A stretch of 64,000 nt of DNA from Candidatus Uhrbacteria bacterium (lineage in GTDB: Bacteria; Patescibacteriota; Patescibacteriia; UBA9934; GWF2-40-263): NCBI GenBank assembly GCA_023246355.1, contig JAHFIQ010000001.1, forward strand, positions 17,887 to 81,886, written 5' to 3'. Below the pieces are notes generated by a model that saw only the letters and a list, made by a program, of their open reading frames with translations, was not told where the DNA came from and made no database searches. Shown piece after piece: positions 39,141 through 47,649 of this stretch (positions within the stretch are counted from its first letter, which is position 1; each line of letters starts with the position of its first letter). A program made the position numbers and the translations under genes.

Positions 39141-40160
39141 ATGGGACTATTTGGAAAACTCTTGGGCCGTGAAGGAGCTCAAAAAAAAGAAGCAGCCGAG
39201 GCACCAAAGGCCGAAGCTGCTGAAGTCAAAGGGGCGAAAGAAGTCGGCAAGGAACGTGTGGACAAGATAGTCGAAAGCGCACGAGCCACAAAAGACGCGG
39301 CCATGAAAAGAGCTGGTTCTTCGCTCTCACGAGTCGGCGGCGCCCTGCGAGATGCTTTTTTTGCAACCATCGGTGGTGCGGAAAAAGGTGGAAAAGCAAC
39401 AGCACAATATGCTCGCGAAACCAAAGCAGAGGCTGGTGAACTGGTCGGGAAAGGCATTGACGCTGGGAATAAACTCGATAGCGATGTTGCCGCGTTTTTG
39501 AAAGATGCGGCTATTGCAGGAGTTGATCAGCTCAACAAAATTGGCGATTGGGGATCTGGAGCCATGAAAGAACTATCAGAAAAGGCTCCAGTGATTCATG
39601 CGGATGCAAAAGCACGGATGGAAAAAGGCGCTCAAAGTGTCGCCGATGACATCGGCGCCGCTGTCATGGAAGGCGTAAAGCAATTTGTTGCCTTCAAGGA
39701 CTGGGCCAATGCAGCGAAAAAAGAATTTGCGCAGAAGCGTGGTGAGGTTCACCAAGACATTGTGGACAGAGCCGCTGCCCGAATTGAACCGTATGCCATT
39801 GCCGCAGGAAAATTTGCCGAGAACGTGATCAATGTGCCACGTGATTCTCGAAAAGAATTTAACATCCTCGCCGCAAAGGCCGGGGCCGCCAAGGATCGTT
39901 TCATCGGTTCTGTAAACGAAGCTCGCCTCCAGGCTGCTGGAACAGCTGAACTCAAAGGTGAAGTAGCACAATTGCGTGAGGAAATCGCCCGACTCAGCCG
40001 CATGATGGAAGCCAGACAGCAGCTTTCATCGGTTGTCCCTGAATCCCAAGGAGCTGCGGGATCTGAGGCAAGAGACGCTGAAGCTGAGACGGAAATCGTC
40101 AGAGGCGAAACGGAAGAATTCGAAGAAGAAGAGACGGTAAAAGAAAGCGCGACTGGTTAA
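39141..40160 (+). CDS. hypothetical Ala/Lys/Glu-rich helical protein
   Basis: 339 aa; amphipathic repeats with coiled-coil-like composition. Confidence 0.5.
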   Translation: MGLFGKLLGREGAQKKEAAEAPKAEAAEVKGAKEVGKERVDKIVESARATKDAAMKRAGSSLSRVGGALRDAFFATIGGAEKGGKATAQYARETKAEAGELVGKGIDAGNKLDSDVAAFLKDAAIAGVDQLNKIGDWGSGAMKELSEKAPVIHADAKARMEKGAQSVADDIGAAVMEGVKQFVAFKDWANAAKKEFAQKRGEVHQDIVDRAAARIEPYAIAAGKFAENVINVPRDSRKEFNILAAKAGAAKDRFIGSVNEARLQAAGTAELKGEVAQLREEIARLSRMMEARQQLSSVVPESQGAAGSEARDAEAETEIVRGETEEFEEEETVKESATG

Positions 40161-40194
40161 CCCAAGAGTCCTTACTCACTCACACGAACATCTT

Positions 40195-40551
40195 ATGACA
40201 CGAGAGGAAGTCATCAAGCTCGTTCAGGACTCTGACCTGAGCGCCGCTGGCAAGAACACCTGGATCTCCCGCATTCGCGAGGAAGGTCTCACCCAATCTC
40301 TGGTCGATGATCTGAAAGCCGTGCTCCAAGTTGAAATCGATGCTGGATTCCAAAAGCTCGGCATCGATATCTCAGACACGCCTGAATACAAAGCCGCCGA
40401 GGCAGAAATGGTCAAAGACGCTGAAGCCGCAAAAGCCGACTACGATCAGAAAATGGCTGCGCTTGCCTCACAAGTCAAGCAAGCAGAAGCTGATGCTCTG
40501 AAAGCCGTAGACGACATCAAGATTCAAGCCGTCAAAAGCAGCATAACGTAA
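40195..40551 (+). CDS. hypothetical small acidic protein
   Basis: 118-aa ORF followed by a terminator. Confidence 0.45.
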   Translation: MTREEVIKLVQDSDLSAAGKNTWISRIREEGLTQSLVDDLKAVLQVEIDAGFQKLGIDISDTPEYKAAEAEMVKDAEAAKADYDQKMAALASQVKQAEADALKAVDDIKIQAVKSSIT

Positions 40552-40593
40552 ACAAAAAATCACCCTGCGTTTTATCGCAAGGTGATTTTTGTT
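40552..40593. terminator. bidirectional terminator between 40195..40551(+) and thrS(-)
   Basis: An A-run, then ATCACC(C)TGCG...CGCA(A)GGTGAT stem-loop, then a T-run. Confidence 0.55.
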
Positions 40594-42334
40594 AGCCAGG
40601 AAACTGTGACTGTTGCTTGGCTGTTGCAAGAAGATCTGCTTGAGCGATCGTGAGATCTTCCTCTTGTCCAAACACGTTCACTTTGAACTCCCCTCCCTCG
40701 ACTTCTTTGGCGCCGATGACGATCGTCCAAGGAATTTTCGACGTTGCCGCGTTGCGAACCTTCTTGCCAACCTTTTCATCGGAATCATCAAGATCAGCAC
40801 GAATGCCTGCCTCTCCGAGTCCAGACAATAATTTTTCAGCAAACGGTACGAAGTCTGAGCTCACGGTTGCCAACCGAATCTGCACGGGCGCAAGCCAGAA
40901 CGGAAACGCTCCAGCATAGTGCTCAATCAAGACCGCCATAAATCGTTCAAGCGAACCCGAGATGGCCCGATGGATCATGACAGGTCGCTTCTTCGTCCCA
41001 TCCTGCGCTGTGTACTCAAGCTCAAATCGCTCAGGTTGGTTGAAGTCGAGCTGGATCGTCGCCAGCTGCCAGGTACGGCCGATCGCATCAGTCGCCATGA
41101 AGTCGATCTTTGGACCATAGAACGCTGCTTCTCCCACTCCTAGCTCGTAGCTCACACCGATCTGCTCGAGCAACTCCTTGAGTGTTCCCACCGCACTCTG
41201 CCACACGTCAGCCCCACCGAGATATTTCTCCGGATGCTCTGGATCGTTCACACTCAACCGAACCGAAAGCGGCATGCCAAACGCCTGATAAAACTTGGTG
41301 ATGATTTCATAGATCCCACGCGCTTCATCTTTTACCTGTTCAAGGGCACAAAATAAGTGAGCGTCGTCTTGCGTGATGGATCGCACACGTGTGAGCCCAG
41401 CGAGTTGCCCCGTGTTTTCATCACGATACACGGTTGTCACTTCTGAAAAACGAACGGGCAGGTCTCGATACGACCGAGGTTCAGACGCGAAAATCTGCGT
41501 GTGATGTGGACAGTTCATGGGCTTCAACACAAACGCATCGTCAGACTTTTTGCTCGACACATGAAATATATCATCAGCAAACTTGTCCCAGTGGCCACTG
41601 GTTTTATAGAGATCGCTTTTCGCCAAATGGGGAATATGCACACGCTCATAGCCATAAGGCTTCATGAGCGACCAGACAAACTCGTCCAGCAGCCGACGCA
41701 TGGTTGTTCCTTTGGGGGTGAACAGCGGGAGACCAGAACCAACCAACGGTGAGAACGCAAACAGTCCCAGCTCTGCACCGAGTTTCCGGTGGTCGCGCTT
41801 CTTCGCCTCTTCCAACATCGCCACATGCGCAGCGAGTTCCTCTTTGGTCGCAAAGGCAACAGCATAAATACGCGTCAGCTGGTCGTTCTTCTCATCTCCT
41901 CGCCAGTACGCTCCAGCAAGCTTGGTGAGTTTGAACGACTGTGGATCGATGTGGGCAAGTGAGTCCGCATGGCCGCCACGGCACAAATCAACGTACGCGC
42001 CTGATCGATACAACGTGAGTGTCTGGCCGTCCTTGGAAAATTCATCAATGAGTTCTATTTTATATTTGTTGTCCTTGAATACAGCACGCGCCTCATCAGC
42101 AGTCACTTCCTCTCGTTCAAACGAAGAAAACGTCGGGAGTAACTCACGCATCTTCTCTTCGATCTTGGGCAGGTCTTCCTCAGAGATCGTTTTGGTAAAC
42201 GCAAAATCGTAATAAAAACCGTCTTCAATGGCAGGACCGATCGTCCGTTTGGTATCCGGCCAAAGCTCCATCACAGCTGCGGCAAGGAGATGGGCCAAGG
42301 AATGGCGCAAATGCTCGAGTGATTCTTGATTCAT
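40592..42334 (-). CDS. thrS: threonyl-tRNA synthetase
   Basis: 580 aa; class II aaRS core with ThrRS-specific motifs (HRKLG, the FTPKG region) and an anticodon-binding C-terminus. Confidence 0.9.
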   Translation of the reverse strand: MNQESLEHLRHSLAHLLAAAVMELWPDTKRTIGPAIEDGFYYDFAFTKTISEEDLPKIEEKMRELLPTFSSFEREEVTADEARAVFKDNKYKIELIDEFSKDGQTLTLYRSGAYVDLCRGGHADSLAHIDPQSFKLTKLAGAYWRGDEKNDQLTRIYAVAFATKEELAAHVAMLEEAKKRDHRKLGAELGLFAFSPLVGSGLPLFTPKGTTMRRLLDEFVWSLMKPYGYERVHIPHLAKSDLYKTSGHWDKFADDIFHVSSKKSDDAFVLKPMNCPHHTQIFASEPRSYRDLPVRFSEVTTVYRDENTGQLAGLTRVRSITQDDAHLFCALEQVKDEARGIYEIITKFYQAFGMPLSVRLSVNDPEHPEKYLGGADVWQSAVGTLKELLEQIGVSYELGVGEAAFYGPKIDFMATDAIGRTWQLATIQLDFNQPERFELEYTAQDGTKKRPVMIHRAISGSLERFMAVLIEHYAGAFPFWLAPVQIRLATVSSDFVPFAEKLLSGLGEAGIRADLDDSDEKVGKKVRNAATSKIPWTIVIGAKEVEGGEFKVNVFGQEEDLTIAQADLLATAKQQSQFPG

Positions 42335-42379
42335 ACGAAAAGCGGTCTGGTTAATGACCGCTCTACCTTACGATACTTA

Positions 42380-43588
42380 CTACTGAATTTCAATATAGAT
42401 GTGATCCTTCAGCCGAGGGACGTGAGAGATCCAGAATGGAAAGAACTTCACCTCTACGGCGGTGGCCAGACCCTCGTGCATGAGAAGATCTGCAACCTCC
42501 TGCTCACTCATGCCCACGAACTGACTCACATCAAGGGCCTCGCTCGCCACTGAGGGAATCGCTTGAGCGGCAAAATTCACCTGAAGTGTGGCTTCTTTGT
42601 CCTCTTCGTCAACGGCGGCCAACGTCAGTTCGATCATCGTTGGATCCACCCTCACAAACGTCTGCCCTTGCCCAAGGCCCTCATAGAGTTTGCGCAAGGC
42701 GATCGATTCAATCGTCGCGCGATCAAAGAACACGCCCACGACTTTGATCGAAAGGGTCACGTCATAATTCGCTGCTTCACTTCCAGGTTCAATGCTCACA
42801 CGCTGCTCTTGCACGGCTGTGAGATAGACGGCATCGGAAAACGCCTCGCCAACTTCGGTCTTCAACATGGACTGTGCATCTGATTCAAGACCTGCTTGAA
42901 CTTCTGCAACGGCTTTATCAATATCTTCCTGTGAAACGATTGCCACCTTTGTGACACCACCCGTGAACGCCTCAGAACTTTCTGCAGATACAGACGTTTG
43001 TCTCACAGCTGAGAGACCAGGAATCGTAAACGTTGTCGGGAGAATATCTCCGCTGGCCCCAGGCTCGTCTGCATAGACTTCCGCTTCAACAGATCCACCA
43101 GAGGGAACGGTCACGGCATCTTTCAAACGAAACAACACTCCATCTGAGGATAGCAAACGCGTTGTCGCGACCAATCCTTGGTCAAACGATAAGGTGTTCG
43201 TGATCGTTACAAACCCCGTTGCCACACCCTCGACATCTTTGAGGGAGGCTTCATCCATGGAGGGAGTGAACGTTTGGGTTTTCCCTAAGGTTCCGGACAC
43301 GACACGACCTTGAATCGCTGCATTTTCAACTCCTGTCTCACGGATCGCGGTCACAAACTCAGTTGTCACAGGTGTCTGAACCGCCGTCACATGAATGACT
43401 GCCTGAACCGTTGAGAGATACAAAACAGCTATCAAGACGACGGCAACCACAAAGACAAACGTGACGGCAATGCGCCGATAGATCATCAACGGCAGGGCGC
43501 CAGGTTCATGGATGTCGATCTCAACGGGTTTAGGCTCAACCTTCTTTACGGCTACACGTTTTTTGGTTGTGGTCTTCTTGGTGGGCAT
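42380..43588 (-). CDS. hypothetical membrane-anchored protein
   Basis: 402 aa; basic N-terminus, single TM helix, then a Thr/Val-rich extracytoplasmic domain. Confidence 0.5.
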   Translation of the reverse strand: MPTKKTTTKKRVAVKKVEPKPVEIDIHEPGALPLMIYRRIAVTFVFVVAVVLIAVLYLSTVQAVIHVTAVQTPVTTEFVTAIRETGVENAAIQGRVVSGTLGKTQTFTPSMDEASLKDVEGVATGFVTITNTLSFDQGLVATTRLLSSDGVLFRLKDAVTVPSGGSVEAEVYADEPGASGDILPTTFTIPGLSAVRQTSVSAESSEAFTGGVTKVAIVSQEDIDKAVAEVQAGLESDAQSMLKTEVGEAFSDAVYLTAVQEQRVSIEPGSEAANYDVTLSIKVVGVFFDRATIESIALRKLYEGLGQGQTFVRVDPTMIELTLAAVDEEDKEATLQVNFAAQAIPSVASEALDVSQFVGMSEQEVADLLMHEGLATAVEVKFFPFWISHVPRLKDHIYIEIQ

Positions 43589-43608
43589 AGATGAGCAAAT
43601 TATACCAA

Positions 43609-43758
43609 TAACTTCTTGGAAAGAAAAATTCTGGTCGAATGGTCTGCCTGCCCGCCATCGGCCTGCGCCTCAGGCGCTGGCAGGCGGGGCGAGCCCCACA
43701 GAATGTTTGCGTGGGGTCGGACAGACCTGAGACCAGAATTTTTCTTTCCAAGAAGTTA
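43609..43758. repeat. palindromic intergenic element copy 1 (28-bp perfect inverted arms + conserved 48-nt core)
   Basis: Arms TAACTTCTTGGAAAGAAAAATTCTGGTC / GACCAGAATTTTTCTTTCCAAGAAGTTA. Core ...GGCGAGCCCCACAGAATGTTTGCGTGGGGTCGGACAGACCTGA. The right arm ends on the dnaE stop codon. Confidence 0.8.
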
Positions 43759-46700
43759 CTCGACCGTAACATTTTGTCTTCCGACAAGCTGTGCGATCGC
43801 GCTCACCATCGGTTCGGTGACAGACACGGCATAGTCGGTTTCAATGCGCCGCATGCGCCCACCAGACTCAACCATCAGACACACAGGCTTTGTCCCCGGA
43901 GCCGAGGTCAAAATCTCCCGCAACTGCGCGACCATTTCCTGTGTGGGCTTGCCTTGTAGGACAATCGACAGAGCCCCGCGATGGAGAATCTTTGGCGCCT
44001 CTTCCTTTGCCATCTCCTCTCGCAGTGAAGGCGTGACCCACTGCCCGTCTTTTAACATCTGTGCCAACTCTGCGAGTCCAGACTCAGGAACAGGGAGAAA
44101 ACTGTTTGCGAGAATTTTTGTCTCTTCTCCTTCTCGTACAGAAACTTTTCCAGACACGAGCAGGATCGTATCCTCAACAAGAAGTGACCGAGCATCGGTG
44201 AACACACGAGGAAACACAACGACTTCCATACTCCCGCTGACATCCTGAAGTCCTACAAACGCCATGGCCTCTCCCTTTTTTGTCACGATCTGCTTCACAG
44301 ACGTCACGATGCCTCCACAGCGAACGAATGTGGCATCCGCCGTGGTTGGGACATCTTTGCACGCGGTCAGATGCTCCTTTAGGGCTTCCTGCATCGGTTC
44401 ACAGGGATGGGCTGAGACATACAGGCCAAGCAATTCTTTTTCCCACGAGAGTCGCTCTCGCATGGTGGCAGGCTCAGCATCCCTCAACACAAGCGTGTGA
44501 CTGGCTCCTTGTGTGGAAGACGCAAATAGACTTTGTTGATTGGTCGCTTTCTCTTGTTGAACCTGTTTGTGATGAAGCAAGATGCGATCCATGTTTTCCA
44601 AAATCTGTTTACGTTCCACAAACCGATCAAGCGCCCCCACCTTTGCCAGGGCTTCCAAGGATTTCTTGTTGAACGCTCGATGAGAAATCCGACTCACAAA
44701 ATCGCTCAAGTCCCGAAAAGGTCCATGGGCTTTACGCTCAGCAATAATGTTTTCCACGACTTCCTCTCCTAAATTCTTCACCACAAGCAATCCAAAACGG
44801 ATTTGGGTATCGTCGATATACGTAAAATCCTTCCGTGACTCGTTGATGTCTGGCGACAGCACTTCGATCCCAAGACGCGCACATTCGTGTACAGCCTCGG
44901 CTATCTTTTCGAGGTCCCCCGACTCAGCCGTCATCAGAGCCGTCATGTACTCAGAGGGATAATTTGCCTTCAGATAGGCTGTTTGGTACGCAACCATGCC
45001 GTAGGATGCTGCATGAGCCTTATTGAATCCGTAGGCCGCAAACGGTTCGATGAGTTTCCACAGCTCTTTTGCCTGAGATTTTGGAAGGCCGTGCTCTACA
45101 AACCCTTCGATCAGTTTTACTTTCTGCTGGGCCATTTCCTCTGGAATTTTTTTTCCCATGGCCTTGCGCAGTTTGTCCGCTTCCAGCCAGGTGTATCCAG
45201 CCAGGTGGATGGCGGTCAACATGACGTCATCTTGATACACCAAAAGCCCATAGGACTTTTGTAAAAACTCCTCCATGCGTGGATCCAAAAATTGAACGAG
45301 TGCGGAATTGTGCTTGCGACGAATGTACTCAGGGATCGACTCGATCGGTCCGGGACGATACAAGGCGACCATGGCCATGATGTCTTCCACGCGCTCGGGT
45401 TTCAAATCCATGAGATACTTCGTCATCCCCTCACCTCCCAGCTGAAACACACCCATCGTGTGACCGGCGGCAAGCAAGTGAAACGTCTTCTCATCATCTA
45501 CGGGAATTTCGTCTGTGACAATATTGATGCCTTTAACCGCTCGGACGAGTTCGACGGCATCCCCCAAAATCGACAGGTTGCGGATCCCCAAAAAATCCAT
45601 CTTGATCAGTCCTGCGGCTTCGACCGATTTCATTTCGTATTGCGTGATGACTTTTCCTTCACGCGTATCGATCTGCAGCGGCGTAAACGCGGTGAGGGTT
45701 TGCGGAGAGATAACCACACCAGCCGCATGGATGGAGACATGGCGTGCACAGCCTTCAATACGCCGCGCCAAATCGATCATGCGTCGGACCTGAGAATCTG
45801 TATCGTATTTCTTTTTCAGATCAGGCGACTCGTTCAGGGCTCGTTCAAGCGTCATGGGAAATCCCTGTGCTCCCATGGGAACGAGCTTGGCGACCGCATC
45901 CACCATGCCGTACACAAACCCAAGCGCTCGGCCCACATCCCGCACAGAACCCCGTGCCATCATCGTTCCAAACGTACAAATTTGTGCCACCTTGTCATGG
46001 CCGTATTTTTCTCGCACGTAGTCGAGCACTTCGTCGCGTCGGTTATCAGCAAAATCCGCGTCGATATCCGGGGCGGAAGGACGCTGAGGATTGAGGAATC
46101 GTTCAAACGGAAGCTGGTAGAGCAACGGATCAATGCTCGAGATCCCAATGGAAAATCCCACGAGCGAGCCAGCCGCGCTTCCTCGTGTGGTCGTAACGAT
46201 GCCGTGCTCACTACTCCACGTCAAAAAATCTGACACAATCAAAAAGTAGGGACAAAATCCTTTGGAGTCGATAATTTCGAGTTCGTATTCAAGACGCCAG
46301 ATTTCTTCCTTCGTGAGTTCTCGACCCCGCTTCTCTTTCAGGTTGGCAAAGGCGCGGTCGGTAAGAACCGAACGAAAGGTCGTACCCTCTGGAATGACGA
46401 AGTGCGGAAAATTCCACTTCCCAAGTTCCAGGGTCACCTGGCAACGCTCTGCGATGAGCGCGGTATTCTCGATCGCTTCCGGGACATCAGCGAAACGCTC
46501 TTCCATATATTCCCCGCTCACCATGGACGCATCGTAATCAAACTGATTGATGCGCTCAAAGTGCTCAAGCGTCTTGCCGCCCTTGATGCAATTCAAAATT
46601 TTCCAGGCTTCGACATCCTGTGGCTTCACATAAAACGTATTCTTGGTCGCCACAAGAGGCACCTGCATCCGCTTTCCCAACGCGATGAGTTGCGTGTTCA

Positions 46701-47259
46701 TGGCCTCTTGCTCAGCGATCTCAGGACGATCAACGAGCTCAAGAAAAAAATTTCCCTGACCAAACGTCTGTTCATACCAACGCACGGCTTGTTCTGCCTC
46801 TGTCACTTTCCCCGCACGCAGAAGCTCGTCGATCTCTCCCAGATGTCCACCTGAGAGCGCGATGAGTCCGGAGGCGTGAGCCGAAAGAAGTTCTTTATCG
46901 ATTCTGGGCTTGTAATAAAATCCTTCGAGAAATCCCAAGGAGGAAAGCTTGAGCAGATTCAAGTAGCCCTCGTTGTTCTCTGCCAAACACACAAGACGAT
47001 GGGGTTTGACATCGATGTGGGCGCGTTTCAACTGACGACTCTCCTGTGCCACATAAAAGTCCACGCCGATGATAGGCTTGATCCCTGCATCCTGCGCCTT
47101 TTGATAAAACTCAATCGTCCCATACAACGCCCCGTTGTCTGTGAGCGCCACAGCCTTTTGGCCGGCTTCTTTCACACGCTTCAAAAGATCCTTCACCTTT
47201 GGAAGAGCCTCAAGCAGGGAGTAGTGAGAATGCGTATGGAGATGGACGAAGCGGGACAT
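43756..47259 (-). CDS. dnaE: DNA polymerase III alpha subunit
   Basis: 1167 aa; PHP domain (HLHTHSHYSLL), polymerase core and OB fold. Confidence 0.9.
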   Translation of the reverse strand: MSRFVHLHTHSHYSLLEALPKVKDLLKRVKEAGQKAVALTDNGALYGTIEFYQKAQDAGIKPIIGVDFYVAQESRQLKRAHIDVKPHRLVCLAENNEGYLNLLKLSSLGFLEGFYYKPRIDKELLSAHASGLIALSGGHLGEIDELLRAGKVTEAEQAVRWYEQTFGQGNFFLELVDRPEIAEQEAMNTQLIALGKRMQVPLVATKNTFYVKPQDVEAWKILNCIKGGKTLEHFERINQFDYDASMVSGEYMEERFADVPEAIENTALIAERCQVTLELGKWNFPHFVIPEGTTFRSVLTDRAFANLKEKRGRELTKEEIWRLEYELEIIDSKGFCPYFLIVSDFLTWSSEHGIVTTTRGSAAGSLVGFSIGISSIDPLLYQLPFERFLNPQRPSAPDIDADFADNRRDEVLDYVREKYGHDKVAQICTFGTMMARGSVRDVGRALGFVYGMVDAVAKLVPMGAQGFPMTLERALNESPDLKKKYDTDSQVRRMIDLARRIEGCARHVSIHAAGVVISPQTLTAFTPLQIDTREGKVITQYEMKSVEAAGLIKMDFLGIRNLSILGDAVELVRAVKGINIVTDEIPVDDEKTFHLLAAGHTMGVFQLGGEGMTKYLMDLKPERVEDIMAMVALYRPGPIESIPEYIRRKHNSALVQFLDPRMEEFLQKSYGLLVYQDDVMLTAIHLAGYTWLEADKLRKAMGKKIPEEMAQQKVKLIEGFVEHGLPKSQAKELWKLIEPFAAYGFNKAHAASYGMVAYQTAYLKANYPSEYMTALMTAESGDLEKIAEAVHECARLGIEVLSPDINESRKDFTYIDDTQIRFGLLVVKNLGEEVVENIIAERKAHGPFRDLSDFVSRISHRAFNKKSLEALAKVGALDRFVERKQILENMDRILLHHKQVQQEKATNQQSLFASSTQGASHTLVLRDAEPATMRERLSWEKELLGLYVSAHPCEPMQEALKEHLTACKDVPTTADATFVRCGGIVTSVKQIVTKKGEAMAFVGLQDVSGSMEVVVFPRVFTDARSLLVEDTILLVSGKVSVREGEETKILANSFLPVPESGLAELAQMLKDGQWVTPSLREEMAKEEAPKILHRGALSIVLQGKPTQEMVAQLREILTSAPGTKPVCLMVESGGRMRRIETDYAVSVTEPMVSAIAQLVGRQNVTVE

Positions 47260-47295
47260 AGCCAGATGAGCTTAGCATTCCAAGAGACGAAATTC

Positions 47296-47330
47296 AAAAA
47301 CAGCTCCGACGCAACGTCGGAGCTGTTTTG
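47296..47330. terminator. bidirectional hairpin terminator (ACAGCTCCGACG-CAA-CGTCGGAGCTGT flanked by A-run and T-run)
   Basis: Perfect 12-bp stem between an A-run and a T-run; it terminates the minus-strand gene 47332..47631. Confidence 0.6.
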
Positions 47331-47331
47331 G

Positions 47332-47631
47332 TCATTCTTTTTTCTTTGTTTTTTTTGATTCCTTTTGCATCTTCTTTTCGATCAAGTATTCCACCGCTTT
47401 TGTGCCGGTGTGCATGATGGCTCCCAGCGCGGTTGAGGTGTGATCGAACTTGCTGCGAATGCCATCGATCGCTTTTTCCATTTTTGAGAGCGTTTCTTGC
47501 ACCAAGCTGATGGTATCGTTTGCACGTTTCATGATGCTGGCAACTTGCCACAGCAACCAAAAGACCACGGCTGAAATCCACAGCACACAGAACGCTAGAA
47601 CGATGTAGAGAATCTCTAAAGGTGTGAACAT
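47332..47631 (-). CDS. small membrane protein (DUF948-like)
   Basis: 99 aa; N-terminal TM helix, helical domain and a K-rich tail. Confidence 0.5.
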   Translation of the reverse strand: MFTPLEILYIVLAFCVLWISAVVFWLLWQVASIMKRANDTISLVQETLSKMEKAIDGIRSKFDHTSTALGAIMHTGTKAVEYLIEKKMQKESKKTKKKE

Positions 47632-47649
47632 AACCTCCTTGATTGAAAC

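Noticed and set aside
43688-43735. Hammerhead-like CUGA-N-GA / GAAA motifs in the palindromic-element core
   Set aside because: The candidate CUGAGAC/CGAAA positions fall in the copy-specific arms and are not conserved across the three copies.
43616-43834. 72-aa ORF (and 50085..50474, 62942..63214, plus the N-terminal 34 aa of the pheT track ORF) overlapping the palindromic elements
   Set aside because: These are translations of the conserved repeat core (…GEPHRMF(A/V)WGRT…) in different contexts, so they are repeat-derived artefacts.
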